From NCBI RefSeq assembly GCF_009914755.1, contig NC_060941.1: a stretch of DNA of 64,000 nt. One strand, 5' to 3'. The notes under the pieces were generated by a model. The model had not been told where the DNA came from. It searched no databases and was given only the letters and a program-made list of their open reading frames with translations. Numbering within the stretch: position 1 is the stretch's first letter; every line of letters starts with the position of its first letter. The DNA is from the human T2T-CHM13v2.0 reference genome, Homo sapiens. Made by a program: the position numbers and the translations under genes. Positions 1 to 22,034 of the stretch are shown piece after piece.

Positions 1-791
1 CATGTATTTACTTTCACCCAGAAATTCTATAGTGGTGATTGGGTAGGGGCCTAAAAGGAATGCTGGTAATGTTCTGGGTCATAGATACAGGTAGGTAAAC
101 TCTGTAATAATTTACTGTAGGCACTGTTTTGTATTTATGTAGTATCCAATGAAAATGTAATGAAATTTGGGCCAGAAGGCAGAAAGAACTCCTGGGTACA
201 CACTCACTACCTTAGTCCCCCTGAGGTTTAAATAATTAAAAGTGTCTGTTTCATCCTTGCCTTTAAGAAAACTCTCCCTGCTGATAACTGAGCAGATCAA
301 AGATCTAAAGGTTGTGGTGGAGAAGGGTCATGGAGTTGATTACCCCCAATAAAAACAAAAAGAAAAACTTGGTTTTTTTTAAGCTGAAAAAGGAGGATGG
401 AAAAGTATAGTGGGCAGGCATAGTAAAATCACTACAGTCTACTGCATTCCTGAAAGGAGAAGCTTGTGAGGACTCACCCCTTACCCCTATAACCTGCTGT
501 GGTGATTTCATTACCCATAGCTACTTAAATCAATGAGTATATCATATTCAAAAGCTGAAGGGAGAATGTTTCAGCTTGGGAGTGTAGTAAAAGAATTCCC
601 AGTCCTCTCTTTGGTTCCATAAATATATCACCTTGTTCTATTAAAGCACTTGGATGTGATTTTTAAATATGCCCAACAAAATGCCATCAGTTGATTTCTC
701 TAACTAATAAAGAAAATGTTCAAGAGTTGGTAGTAAATTCTTGGTGATTATGCCATTAGAATCAGAGTACATCGTTTGTAAGAAATCCTCA

Positions 792-1100
<309 letters not shown>

Positions 1101-1724
1101 TTATGCTCAGCAAAAGCAGCAGCTCTTCGCTACTTAGCAATTAATTTGCCCTAGGTGAAACCGATTCCTGTTCTAATTCCACACTGGAATTCTGTTCATT
1201 ATTTACATTTTTTTTAAATGGAAGCATGATTCATATCTCAATTTACCTAGTTCCTTACACAATATTTATTAGCCAGCATTTAGAACTGGTTACCCTTTCA
1301 GATCAGATAAAGATTATTGGGTACACTCTCTGGCGGCCTTTGAGCTGATTTAAATATTGTTGCCACACGGTTCTAGATACTGATATTAGTTGATTGGCTT
1401 CCTATGCACAAGCACTCCTCAGTTACTTACATAATTGAATTAAACACTTTGTATATGTTGGAGCTACTGCTTTTGTTATATAAGCCTGCTTGCCTTTTCA
1501 CCTACTGTCTCCCAACTTTAACTATGGTATTTCCACATGGGCTGGATTTTTTTGTTTTTGTCCAAAGCAGGCAAGCGAGAAGTAGAAGTGAAGAAGAGTT
1601 TGATGGTCTTGCCAATTTCCTTGCTTCATCATGAATCTCCTTAAGCTTCAAATTACAGGCTGTTGAGAAAGCCACAAAAGTAGACAGTGCCAAGACACTA
1701 AGACTAGAGTATGTGAGAGTGTAC

Positions 1725-2330
1725 CATTCATTCATTCATTCATTCAATAAATACTTACTGAGCACCTACTGTGGGCCAGATTCTATTCAAGGTACTAACA
1801 TTACAGTGAACATGAACAACAAAGACCCTGATTTTACAAGATATTCCAGTGAGGAAGACACATTAAAAACAACAAACAAATAGATACATTTATATTAAGA
1901 AAAATAAAACAGGGTCAGGGACAGAAAGTAGCAGAGACTGATATTTTAGACATGGTGGTCAGGGAAGTCTTCTTTAGGGAGGTAATATTGAAGCAGCAAT
2001 TGAATTAAGTGAGAATGATAGCTGGACACTACAGGCAAAGGAAACAGAATGAATGCAAAAGCCCCGGGCTGGGAATGTGTTTAGAATGCTCAGTAGTGTA
2101 CAGCAAGGAAGGCACTCTGGCTGAAACTCACTAAGTGGGAGAATCCTACAAAAAGAGGTTGAAGATGTAGTCACGGGCCAGGGCATTTAGGGCTTGTAGA
2201 ATATGTGTAGAAAAATTCACATTTTGAATTTTATTCTAAACGTGAGGGGAGGCTATTGGAAAGTTTTAAGCAGTGAATTAACATGATCAGGGTACCTTCG
2301 GACACCAATGGCTAGGTGGAGAACAGGCTA
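1725..2330 (-). mobile_element. L2 3' fragment (probably continues at about 4350-4700)
   Basis: (CATT)n tail followed by AATACTTACTGAGCACCTACTGTG, a typical L2 3' end. Confidence 0.75.
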
Positions 2331-2831
2331 CAACAAAGTGTTATCAGAGTCCAGTCACGAAAGATAAACTATCTAGTTATTTCATGCAGAGGGAATTTTA
2401 AGAGTAATAGATGTCAAAAAGAATAATGGGGTGACATCATAGATAAAAAAGCTGCTAAAAATACCCTTAGCTGGAACCAATGGAACTGCACCAGCTTCTG
2501 TGCCATTTGGAGACACTATCACTTTCATCCTCTGTCTACTAGAGAGGTGCCACCTTGACCATGGAAGGAATTCCTAGAGTAAAGAATAATCCCTCCTCCA
2601 CTTTCACTATAGAAATGGCCAGCAACTGCCACACGATTGAATCCAGAAGCAGTAAGTTACTCTCCACCTCCTGCCTTCTGATTTCCTTATAGTGCCCCCT
2701 ACTGGCAGAAGCCAGCGGGCACGAGAGCCTGGGAAATGGGGTTCACACACTCTAGGTCCCTGCAGTAGAGTATAAAAGGGCAAGTGTAGAACTGAGAAAT
2801 AACAATCTCTAGAGTCAAGAGTAGAAGCAGG

Positions 2832-3141
2832 GGGCCGGCGAGGTGGCTCACACATCTGTAATCCCAGCACTTCGGGAGGCTGAGGGAGGGGGATCACTTG
2901 AGCCCAGGAGTCGGAGACCAGCCTGGGCAACATCGCAAGCCCTCATCTCTACAAAAAATACAAAAAAATTTAGCCAGGCATGGTGACACATACCTGTAGT
3001 CCCAGCTACTTGGGAGGTGGAGGTGGGAGGATCACTTGAGCCTGGGAGCTGGAGGCTGCAGTGAGCCATGATCATGGCCACTGCACTCCAGCCTGGGTGA
3101 CAAGAGTGACACCTTGTCTAAAAAAAAAAAAAAAAAAAAAC
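2832..3141 (+). repeat. AluJ-like
   Basis: Full dimer; TSD AGAGTAGAAGCAGGG. Confidence 0.88.
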
Positions 3142-3183
3142 CCGAAAGAGTAGAAGCAGGGAAACCATCAGGATGCCCGGCCT

Positions 3184-3866
3184 GTTTTTTCTTTTTCATT
3201 TTTTTCCCCTCAGCTGTGGTAATTTAGCCAATTCAAAGACCTTGTTCTCCATAATTTCAACTTTCCTTCAGATTTGACCAAGTCAAGTAGAGCTGGTCAA
3301 ACCCAATGGGAAAAAGACCAAAACAACAACAGAAACAAACAAAGAAACAGTTAAGCAAAAGAAATGATCGCACAATTTGTATTATTGAGCGCTCTAATGG
3401 TAAGGAGAAATTAAGACCAGCTGGTTGTTAATCTTAACTTTAGTCACCAAGGAGAGTTTCCAAGACAAAACTCCAATTCAGGTGCTTACCTAGGAATAGG
3501 GTCCAGGCTCAAGACTGCTCTTTACCATTTTAGAAGGAGAAAAAAAACTCAGACTCACCTTCCCTGCTGGAAGCCAGATGAAATTCCAGAAAGGAGTTGC
3601 CTCCCCTCCATCGTCATGGAGGCAGGAAAACGCACCTTCTTTGTTGGGAGTAAGTAAAACTGCAGACAAAGAGGTGTACAGCAAAATAAACTTTAGATCT
3701 CAACCAAATTTTGGGACATCAGGGATTCTCTGGAGTGGGGTGCTCCCAGGCCTCAGCAAATTGTCCTGTTTGAGCAATAAAAATAGCCCAAGCTGGTACC
3801 AAGCACTGATAGATTTGTCAAAGGTCAGGGCCACCTCCACTGAGTCACTTCCTTTGGCTGCCAGCT
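3184..3866 (-). mobile_element. ERV1 (MER4-group) internal 5' leader remnant following the LTR
   Basis: PBS-like TGGCAGCCAAAGG directly after the LTR; strong donors AAG|GTGAGT (about 3558) and TAG|GTAAGC (about 3489). Confidence 0.6.
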
Positions 3867-4345
3867 TGTAAACCAAAACCAGCTCTCAATCAATTTGGAA
3901 GTTTATTTTGCCAAGGTTAAGGACATGCTTGGGAGGGAGGTCTGTGCCTTTATCTAAAGATGATTTTGAGGGCTTCAATATTTAAAAGGGAGGAGCGGGC
4001 TGGAGGGGAAAGAGGGAGAACATGGTCATTACTGAATCCACACATTGCACAAATAGAAAAAGGAACAGGCGGGGGAATAGTCAATTATGTATTTGCCTCC
4101 TGCTGTGTAAATCAGCACTTCAGTAAGATAAGGTGAGGACAGAGCAGCTACCTGTGGGGACATTTAACCTTTTATCTGTAGCTATCTGCTTAGGGACATA
4201 GAGAAAGGCAGTTTCTTGCATGACTCAGCTTTTTGCTTAATTTTTTCCTTTTGGCATAGTGAATTGAGCTCCCACGGTTTTTGTTGTTTTGTACATAAGT
4301 GGAGAGTTCATTTGGGCCAGGGCCCCGAGTTATTTTCTTTTCACA
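3867..4345 (-). mobile_element. MER4-group ERV1 LTR
   Basis: TGTGAAAAGAAAATAA...TTTACA termini on - strand; MER4-like internal motifs. Confidence 0.75.
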
Positions 4346-4699
4346 AATATACCCTTTAGAGTTCAGAGGAAAGGCTGGGATTAGAGCCTTCTGTGAGCAC
4401 TATTCATGGGATTACATGAGGGAGTGGCTGTGAAAAGAGGGCCCCGGACTAAGCCCTGGGCACCTGAACAAGTGAGAGGTCAGGAAGGGGAGAAAAATCC
4501 AGCAAAGGAACCCCAGAGGACCCGGCCAGTGAGCTAAAAAGAAAAGTGCAGAAGAGTGCAGGGAAATGGTAAAGAAAAGAAAGCTTTCCACAAGACAGGA
4601 CCGATCAGCTGAGCCAACTGCTGCTGAGTACAGTGATGAGAGCTGAAGTCTCTCGCCCGAAAGGCAATAAGGCGGGAGGGGGAAACCTGAGGGCAGCGG

Positions 4700-5884
<1,185 letters not shown>

Positions 5885-6113
5885 TAAAGCCAAAGTTCCC
5901 GCAGACTTTCCCGGTCCTCTAGCACTCAGAAGGGCATATGTTACCTAGCTTCTGTGGTTCCTTTTCTGCCTTTTCTATTCTTGTCCATTTTTCTGTTACA
6001 TTTGTGGTTCTTTTCCTTATGATGTGTAGGAACTCTTTGTATATTCTGGATTTAAGTAATTTGTCAGTTTACTGTATTGTGGATACTTTCTTTGGGTTTC
6101 TTTCTTTTTTTTT

Positions 6114-6204
6114 AAGCCAAATTTAGCAGTGGGAGAGTTGCATACCAACTTGAATAACAGTAATATTAATAAGTTCTGAATAACCCATTACCATCAGACC
6201 AGCC
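6114..6204 (-). pseudogene. Y4 RNA (hY4) retropseudogene in ALDH3A2 intron 1
   Basis: Reverse complement GGCTGGTCTGATGGTAATGGGTTATTCAGAACTTATTAA...CCCACTGCTAAATTTGGCTT plus A tail matches hY4; degenerate 16-bp TSD at 6091-6106 and 6205-6220. Confidence 0.9.
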
Positions 6205-6320
6205 TCTGGGTCTATTTCTTGTCTTTTAGCTTTGTTTATGGTTTCTTTGTTAGACAGAGTTTTGTTTTTAAGTTATAGTTGCAGTCAAATTTTTCTTCAT
6301 AACTTTGTGTATTATTAGGT

Positions 6321-7368
<1,048 letters not shown>

Positions 7369-8160
7369 CTATCATCTTGTTTTTACTTTTTATCTGCATT
7401 ACATGTGTAGCAAGGCTTTGCTCTGGGTTTGTGATTTTTCCCTTCCCCACAATCCCCTCAATCAAAGATTATTTTAATAAGTCGTAATAGTGGTAGTACT
7501 AGTAGCAACTATGAAATTTCTTTTAGAGTACTTTTGGTGGAAAGGGGCTGTGATATTAAATAAACAAGATGGGGTAATTAAGATTCCAAAAAGTCTGTGT
7601 CATTTAATCATACTTGAAGAACTAAATGTTTGTGTGAGTATGTGTGTATATAGGATGACTCAAGAAATACAATAAGTTCCCTGTCCTCAAGAGTTTTAAA
7701 CTTGACTGGGAAACAGAACATACACAGATGAAATGTGAGTGATAGTTATAAACCAGTGTGTTAAGGATGAATATTAAGATGCAGGTCAAAAGCATGATTG
7801 CTGTAATATATAAAGTGTGTTCAGAGCAGACCTTTATTGCTCAAGGAAATCTTCCTGAAAGAGGTAATATTTAAGCCTGGCTTTTAAAGGGTGTGGATTA
7901 CTAAAGAAGGATTTACTAATGGTATTCGACTAGTGTTACTACTCCCTGAAATAATCTTTGATTTTTTTAAAAGAAATATATTAGAGAATTAGCAAGCCCT
8001 TACCAGGGGCGTGAAGGGTGCAAAAGGAGTCTGAATGGCAAACAGCTAGTCTGATAATGCCAGTTGTTGTCACTACAGGTGTACCTGGTGTGAGTGTTCT
8101 GACATTCAGGGCCAAGTGTATCATACTTACTCTGCAAGATTAACTGTGATTCTCTTATAA

Positions 8161-8427
<267 letters not shown>

Positions 8428-9132
8428 TAGGGAGGCTTATTTTCTCATATTAATTGGAAATTAAGGATAGTGGCTAATTAAATACATTTACTTGGTGATT
8501 TGCCTTTGTTTACACCACCAGTGTACTGAGAATTCATACATACCATACATATTTTTAAATGGGCTGCTGAGGAGATTTGTGTGGCTATGTTTTGAAGCAC
8601 CTGGGGAATGAACCTGTGGGAGTGTAAAGATGTGTGAGTCAGCAGGCCCAGGAGTTTGGAGTCAGGCATCCATGTTCTAATATGGTTTCAGTTGCTGGCT
8701 CTGGCTTCGGATGAACCATTTGATTCTGTCTGACCAGTTTCTTCATTCAAATAAAGACTATGAGAGTAATGCTAGCTTGGGTATATAGCAAATGCCAGGA
8801 GATTAATTTCTCACTTTGCAGGATCCAGATAGAGAGATGTATGTTGAAATGGCTCACTTGCCCAATAATTCCAGGGCAGAGAGGACAATCTAAGGGCAGA
8901 AGTGGGAGAAAAGCGATAGAAAGCTGGAGGAGTGGGAAAGGCTGCTGGAACCCATTGTCAGTGACCTGAAGATGAGGACAGCTAAGGAGTTAGCCTTAGA
9001 AGAGAAAGTGAGATGAGCTCTTATGCTAATTATGAGGATATGCAGCATTGAGAGCTGCAGAAATAATTGGGAGTACCTAGCCTGTTCTTCCCACTGAACA
9101 TCATTTTGGTAGCTATTAAAGTTAAATATTAG

Positions 9133-9261
<129 letters not shown>

Positions 9262-9656
9262 TGACTCATCTCCAACATATGTGTTTACTGTGGAAAACAC
9301 ACATTTTATTTTCTTGCTATTGCATGTTATTGCTGGCCGGGGACCCAATTGCAGTCTCTTTAAGCCTTCAACAGTTGGCTTAGCAAAAGAAGTTCGGTTC
9401 CAAAATACACGGAGTGTATTTTGTGTGGAGTCACCCAGCTCTTGGGGTTACACAATATATGTAGGCCCATGGCTTCATGCCAAACAGATTCTGTTTGTCT
9501 GGGATTTGGGGTTAATTTTTGAGCTAACATGATTTTAGGTGTTTTCATTTAATGGATTATTTAATGAGGGACTGGTACTGTGCTGGGTGCTGACATATTT
9601 CTGTTACTAACAATCTCTTTTGTTCTAACAAAATGTACTTTTCTGTGATTATATAA

Positions 9657-11493
<1,837 letters not shown>

Positions 11494-12929
11494 TATAAGA
11501 GTACTTCTGCTTTCAAAAAAGACATGTCTGTGGCATGAAAACATGCCACACATACACAAAAAGTGCCCTCCTGAACTAGAGGGCAGATCCTCACACTGAC
11601 TTAACATGCTGGCATTTAAGAATATCAAGAACTGAATAAAGAAAATGATCTGCCCAACTGCGGGTAGTTCATCTGTCTGAGTCAGAGGTTCTTATGCCTT
11701 CCTGGGGAGGAAGTTATGATGCCGCGAAGAAATTGGCACTGCTGAGTTCTACATGCAGTTGCTACAGGGAGGAGTCTTCATTTAGCTTTAAGCGAAATAC
11801 AGCTTAAAAATATCTTACCTGTATTCTGTACATCAACTTGTGATGGATTGAGGCCAGTTCTGGTTCTTGGAATGATATTTTTCTCTTTGTTAGAGCCATT
11901 TTGTTCTAATAGCTGTGATGATCCAATCAAGAAAGATGAAATGGAAGACAGTGAGATGTCAAGGATTGAATAGGACGTAGAACCAGAAGATAGAGGTTGA
12001 AGGTACCGCTTTGCCCCTGACCAGGGGTAAATTCTTCAATAACTGACTCTGTCCGGATAAGGAGGATAATAATGCTCTACCAGCTTCAGTTACCGTGTTA
12101 GGGGATCAATAATATATGCTATGTAGATTAAGCCATAGAAAAGTTAAAGCTTGAAACATTTGTTGGGCAGCTGAACCATGAAGTGAATGAAATTAATTCG
12201 CCTTCAAGTGGAAACATGAGATCCACAAGCCAGCTTTTACTTCACACTTCCACCTTGGAGTCTTGAATACCTCTCTGTCTTCCTTGCTTGCCATCTGTTC
12301 TCTTACTTTTGATGCTGTTATTGTCCAAGATGTTCTCTCTTAGAATAGCTGGTAATGATAGCACAATGCATAGATGGGCTCAGTCCACAGAAGCTACGTG
12401 AATTCTCCCAGTAACAGATGAGGAAATTGAGGCTCAGAGATGTTCAGTAGCTTGCCTAAGGTTGCATAAGCTAGTGAGTGGCAGAGCCCAGATTCAAACC
12501 AGATACACTTCAAAAGCAAGCGCTCTCAGCTACTGTGCCGGATATACCATTCATTCAGAATAGCGTGGGCTAAGCCCACTCTGTGTTGTGAGACAGAGAA
12601 CATTCAGACTAAGACATGCATGACCTGTCCTGTGGGAGCCACTCTTCACCAGAGGCACTTCTGCACACACCCGCGTCTCATGCATTTTCCCTGGTCAAAT
12701 TCAACCATTTGTTCTCCTTAGTGTCTTTGTTGCTGAGCTCATGTAAAAAAACACTGGAGTCTCCAGATTAGTTCTATGTGGGTTCATGCTTCCCAGATGC
12801 CATCGGACTGTGTGTTCTCCTCTTGTCCTTGGTCAGTTCCCTCTCCCATCCCTCACAGGGACTGGTCTTGACACTCTCTGGGTTTTACTGAATGTTACAT
12901 GTTTATGTTGAAGAGATTGCTGATGTTAG

Positions 12930-13190
<261 letters not shown>

Positions 13191-14318
13191 TGAGTCTGGC
13201 TCTCTGATTTTCTGAGGTTTTCCCAGCACAATGGAGACTTTTCCTGACAATGTTACTCTTTGTACTTGAACCCCATACCTTATGGCTCCAAGATACATTA
13301 TTAAGCTTTGGTGGTTGATGTCCTCAAGAGTAACAGGAGTCTTTCACTGTCTCTTGGCGCCACTGTCAAAAATGGTGAGCTGTAAGTCCTGACATCATGT
13401 GGTTGTCCTTAGGAATTTTAAAAAAGTTATATCTGTTCTCAAGATTACAGCTAGATCTAGCAAGAAATTTTAACGTTCTTCTGGCCAGTGATCTGTGAAG
13501 TACATAATCCAAAGTATTGTGTGTGCCTAATAAAATCTTTAAATGCCCATTTGAGAGGGTATTATGCTGATATCTTAACTGAGATCCTTTGTGGGCAAAA
13601 CAAGTGTTCCTCATTTTTTAACTGTGAATAACATCTTGCATCTGAAAATTAGAAAATAAGAGGTTTCAGGTTCTCTCTGCTAAATCCGGTTTAGCTACTA
13701 AGAAGTGCCAAATCATAGAACTGACTCTGTGCTCTGGGTGGTGTGGCTTTCTCTGCCCTTCAGAGATTCCAGGTCAGGGTTCCAGGTTGGCTTCCTAAGT
13801 AGAAATCCATTTGTCAAAACCAGACACCCTCAGTTAGTGAATGTTTAGGGCATGGGTTTCTGCCCATGCATAGGAAAGGTCTTCCCAAGTGGGGCAGGGC
13901 TCCACAAAGAGGAGGATGGCCTTGGAGGCTGGCTGACATCCTGCTTTATACCTGAACATCTTGCAGGCAGAGCCAAAAGCCACAACCAGGAGAGTCTGTA
14001 CCGAACTCTGGTCATCCAGGACTTTCCTTTGGCTGGACTGGAAGAGGGGAAAGGACATTGGGAGGCTGTTTCTCCTCTTTTCCTGCAGCAGGCAATGGCT
14101 TCACTGTTTACCAAGTACTGTTTGCCGTGAGCTGGCCTGAGAACTTCCCTGCTATGTAAAATATTCCACCTCATTTGGAAAATACTTTCTAAGTTCCAAA
14201 CAACTGATTTAGAAATGAGTTTTTAACTTTTTTATAAAAATTGCCAGATAAATATATGAATCTATTTTAGTTGCAAGACATTCAAACAACACAATGTAAC
14301 AAATGAATATTTGACTGA

Positions 14319-14495
<177 letters not shown>

Positions 14496-15056
14496 TGATT
14501 CCACTGATTTTAATAAGATAAGGAGTCAAATTAACTATTCGCAGGCAGCATCCCCATTTGTTTCTCCCTTCAGGAAAATTTCAAAATCATATGTGACTCA
14601 GTGAACTTATTGACTAATATGAAAATGCTATGTGTACCATAGAATATATGCTGGGAGCAAGGTTGCATTGGTGTTAAATCTACTTAAACTGTCTAGTTGA
14701 TTTGTTGATGATTAGTTGTGGCATATACTTTTTTTAAAAAAGTTAAATAATCGTGTGTCCGTGGTTTTGAGGGAATGTTGCCAACCCTTTAGGTATAATC
14801 AGAGAGACTCTTTGGCATATTGGCCATTGCTGCTGAAGGTTATCAGTTTTTGTGTATGTAGAGGGCCTAGGGTGGCCAGTAGTTTGGAGGAGTGACTTAA
14901 TTAAATAACTACTTACAGTATACCCTTTATATAATTAACAATCTTTCAGCGTGTTTAAAGTAAATATTTGCAGTGAGGGAACCAAGGAAGACTGCATGTA
15001 GAGTCCTAAGCCAAGACTTGAAGAAATATAGGATTTAAGTTGGTAGAAAGGAATGG

Positions 15057-16497
<1,441 letters not shown>

Positions 16498-17741
16498 TCA
16501 GGACAATAGTTCACTATGTGTTCCAGGCAGAGTAACTTGGGGGATGAGGTGCTAGGGTCTTGACATGGAAATTGGACTATCATTTTTAGTCATAGGACTA
16601 AAAATGGATCCAGATGAGCACATGAAGGGAGAGTTGCCCAGATTCAGGGTATGTGGGAAGAGAGAGTGGTTAAAGATACTTGTGAGATTGAAAATATTTG
16701 GGAATTGGAGAATGCTTAGTTGAGTGTGGTGATGAATTCAATTTCAAAGGAATAAGGGCCTCTGCCTCCCTTTGAGGCATTTATACTCTTAACACAGTGG
16801 TTCTCAAGCTACATGTTACCCTAGTGAGCCATTTAAAAACAAGTTTGCAAGCCTTACCCTCCAAAGATTCAGCTCGTCTGAGGCCTCCAGGTGATTCTAT
16901 GATGCATTCAGCATTGAAAACTACTGTTGGTGACTCTCGAGTCAGAGCCCAGGCACATGCATTTTAGCAAGCTGCACCAGTGATTCCGACCACCCAGACT
17001 TGAGAATTGCTCTTGGTAGAGGTTGGATGAACAATGTTCATTTTGATTTGGGATGAAATTGGGAACTCTCACAAGGCTTTGAAGTGATGCAGCAATTCAG
17101 TAATTTTGTTTGTTTTACTAAGTAAATATTGATTGTATGATTATTGACGTTCTTTTACCTTGGTAATTTACCAAAGCTGTATTTTGATCCTTCGGGTGGT
17201 TTCACCATCATGTGTAAGTGGTGGAAATACCAGTTCAAAGAAGACCAAAACAACAAAGTGGAGCAAAGATTGGCAAATGGTTTCTGTAAAGGGCTAGATG
17301 GTAAATATTTCAGGCTTTGCAGATGTTAGGGTCTCTGCTGTAACTACCGAACTTACTGTAGGGGGAAAGCAGGCACAGCCAATGTGCTAACAAATAGGCA
17401 ACTCTGATGCAGAGCAAGACTTCTTTCCCCAGCCTGCTCCCACTGTCAGCCCCAGGAGGTGAAGGCCTGTGGGTGGACTCTAAGAGATCCATAAGAACCT
17501 TTGGAACTATGGACAATGACAGATCTCTGTGTGTGTGCATGCTTTATTTTCTGGTCCTCGACCTGCCAAAAAGCTGAAACTTGCTACTATCATACTACTG
17601 TTAAATTACTTGAGGGGTGGGGTGTTAGATTCTGTGAGGATATAAAACCAGATTGATTTTGGGGCATGGCTGGATTTTGTACTTACTGAAATTGAATTGT
17701 GGGTCTTTGTGACATTTATATACTCCTGTTGTTTTAAATAG

Positions 17742-17936
<195 letters not shown>

Positions 17937-19459
17937 TGACACTACTTATTAACACTAGATAAACTATTAAATATATAGCATTTAATTGTTAAAGTACTAA
18001 ATCCTGCTTTCTGGTATACTGTACCTGTAGCTTTTGTTATAAACTATTTAAAATGTCTGTGTTTCTGTGTATTGAATGATGCCACCAGCGTTGCTCCAGT
18101 TGTTCATATTTACACATAACTCCTTTTTTCCTCCTAACAATCCTGAGAAGCAGAATAGAACTTGATGTAATTATCTGTAGTTTGTGGATGGGAAAACAGC
18201 ACAAAGAAGGAAATAGCTTGGCCACTATTCCACAATTAACCAGTGACGGTACCATTCCAGAAATAATGTTTTGGTCCATCATGCTTGACCTTATTATTTG
18301 TGTACCTTCTTTGTGCTTTTTCTTCTTTGCCTTGAATATGTATTACTTTGAATGTTAAGCACATTTTTCTACAGTAACATATAAGGTGACAGAAAAATTA
18401 GACACATTTTGCTGGCAAAGAAGCTGCACCACCTAGCTTTACTTATCCCCTTTATCAGATAAGATGCTATAAGTCACCAAAAAAAAAAAAATCAACTTTA
18501 AAAAAAAAAACTTAAAAATGAAATAATAAGCAGAATTGATTCTCTTATAATTAGCAGTCCCGAGGTTCTCCTGAGCTAGATAATTCAGTGGCCCCGTGGT
18601 ACCATCAAAAAACCCTGATTCTTTGTACTAGGATGCAAAAGAAAACAATCCTTGTGCCTTCTATCTCTCTTGGTGGCAGCCCAGATTGAATTGGGGAATA
18701 CATCTGTAGAAAAAAGAGAAAACAGACTCTACTTGTTTCACCTCTCTGTTCTCCCATCCTCAGCATGTCCACATTGCCTATTTCTAGGCTAATGAATGGT
18801 AAGAGGAAGGGGCTATCCTGATTAGCTTATAGACTAATTAGGACTTTCCCCTGACTTCGAGCTGGGATCATCTTACCTGAGCATGGCTATGCAGAGGAAG
18901 TAGACACTCAGCCCAAATTGTTTCTCTGACCTGAGGAAGATGTGGGCAATGGATTTGGAGTGGCAGTTTATATACCCCCTGGAAGTGGTGCTGCAAGAAG
19001 CTGTCCCCAGCCACATTGCCAAGATAACCTATTAGAAACTGGGGGTAAAGGAAAAGTGCCAACTTGTTATTGTCAGATGACTTCTCTTTTGGTTGACGAG
19101 CCAGTTTCTTACTTACAGCATCTTTTGGAGTACTGCTAGTTGGTGACTTACATTGGCAGCAGATGCTGGGACACTTTGTCTAGCCTCCCCAGCATCTGTT
19201 TCACCCTCCTTTCTTGTGCCTCTTCCCCATGGTAGATGGAACAGTGGACTAAGGTTTAGGGAATTTTGACCATTTAAGTCTGTTTTCTTAATCTGTCTAA
19301 CAGAGTTATAATAAAGGTTAATGAGATCATATATATGAAAGCACTCGAGTTAAGAAAAATAGTATTGATTTGATTCACAGAGGAGCTGTCTTTGCTCCTA
19401 GAAAGACCTGTCCATTCGAGACCAGCCTGACCCAACATGGAGAAACCTCATCTCTACTA

Positions 19460-19618
<159 letters not shown>

Positions 19619-19877
19619 TCAAAAAAAAAACCTGTCCACAGAAAAATGTTAAGTATAATCTACAGTTAAATACATGCATGGCTGTGAACAGGGTTCAATG
19701 TGAAAAAGATATATTTGAGTGTGTATCGTTCCCTTGGTTTGCACAAGTATCCGCAGGGTTGTGATTCACAGGCTTTGGAGACATTGAGTATGTGCACAGT
19801 TCATCCACGTGCTCAGGATTTTTCAATAGATATGACTTGGGTGGGAGAGGGAAAGGCATGGATAAGTGACCCAATGA

Positions 19878-20135
<258 letters not shown>

Positions 20136-21520
20136 TAGTTAGCATAAGCAACTGTCAAGAGTCATGTTCCTTCTTTGCTGTAAAACAATGCAAAAAACAA
20201 TGTGAAACAATGATGGTTTCTTTTGTGTCATGTCAGAGTCCATCCACTAAGTGAGGTTGTGTTCCGAGGTTGCTGTCTTGGTTAATGAGACTCTGGGGTT
20301 ATCACAGCATCCATTCCCCTCCTCCCTCGGGTTAGATCTGAGTCTGCAGGGTTGAGTGTCACAAGGTTTTTGATTCACAAACATCTCCTGTATAATTGGA
20401 AGACTTATATGTGCCAGCATTAAATGCTTTTCTGATGTTAATCCACAGGGCATTGCTGAATAACAGCCTGCACAAAATGGCATTCACACCCACTGTGTGG
20501 GACAAAGACCCCGACACTGTCACATAAATGGTTGTGATATGATGGATTTTAGTTTCTAACATGACGCTAGCTTCTTGTTAGAGTGGTGGAACTGCATCAC
20601 CTGGTTGAGCAGTTCTGCCACTTTCTGCATGGCTCACTCATTCATGTCACTAGGTGACCAGCCGCTACTAAGAGACCATGGCCCAAATGTTTTCTGGAGA
20701 GCTTCTGATGGTAATGTATAGATAGTCATGTGACAGCTTTTGGAGCTTGTGAGACTATTGAGATACAGATAGCTACAGGTATTTGAAGTGAGACCAAATG
20801 TGTGGGGCTCAGTAAAGACTGGGTTATTAACAAAACAATGGTTTGACATTTAAAACCATGGATAATGTGGGCAGGAAGGAACCCTGAAGCCGAAAGTAGG
20901 CTGGCCAGGGTATAAGTCAGGTGTGGAGCACTTCCCAGCAGTGGGTCACCCGAGGTCACTATAGTCCAGACTTGACGTTTGCCATGAACAATTGTCAAGG
21001 GCTTGCTGGCACCCAAGGGTAAATGACGTTTACTAGTCAAGTGTTCTTGTGCTTTTCTGAGCCTTAGGCCAAACAACCATTTATTTCTTAAAAAATAGGA
21101 TGCTAAATCTAAAGTCTTAAATATTTTTACATTTCATAAAGACTAAATAATACCTATTAATCATGTGTTATAATTTAAAGCAGAGATAAGAAAGAAATAA
21201 TAACAGTTTTTAAAGCTGGAATATAGTCTAAGCTGTCCCCTTTTAAAGAGTCTTTTGCTGCTGTGTTGGGGAGTACAACTCCAGGTTGTGGCTGAGTAGG
21301 CCCAGAGGTTTGGAGCTGCCTCCTTTTGTGCACTAGATGTGTGTCTGAGAAGTTGGGTATCAGTCACTTTGCTAAATTAACCAGTTGAGATTGTTTGTCT
21401 ATCTGGCATGGTGTCCCCAAACTCGAGAATTTTCACTGACACAAAGCCAGAATGTGCATGCTTTGAGCACATAACTGAGCACACAGCCCTCTGTGTGGTG
21501 GGGCCATGAGTGTTCCCTAA

Positions 21521-21763
<243 letters not shown>

Positions 21764-21989
21764 TGATTGTCCTCTCCTGAGGGAGACCTTTTCCTGGTCA
21801 CCCAGTTGACTGGTTTTCCTGCTTCCCCACCCACCCCTCCAGCATAGGGCAAATGTCTTGTCACTCTCTTTCTGTCAGCAGCACTGACTGACCACAGCTT
21901 TGTTCACTTCGTTGATTTTGTTATCCTGCCACATTTAGGAGATTTGGGAACCAAGAATCAGGTCTCAAATTAATTAAGAAGATCTCTCT

Positions 21990-21991
<2 letters not shown>

Positions 21992-22031
<40 letters not shown>

Positions 22032-22034
22032 TGT
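21992..22034. repeat. (GT)n microsatellite, one interruption
   Basis: Read directly. Confidence 0.95.

Noticed and set aside
1294-1735. Possible exon and 77-aa ORF on the - strand
   Set aside because: Weak splice signals; the ORF starts in an L2 tail; no recognisable protein family.
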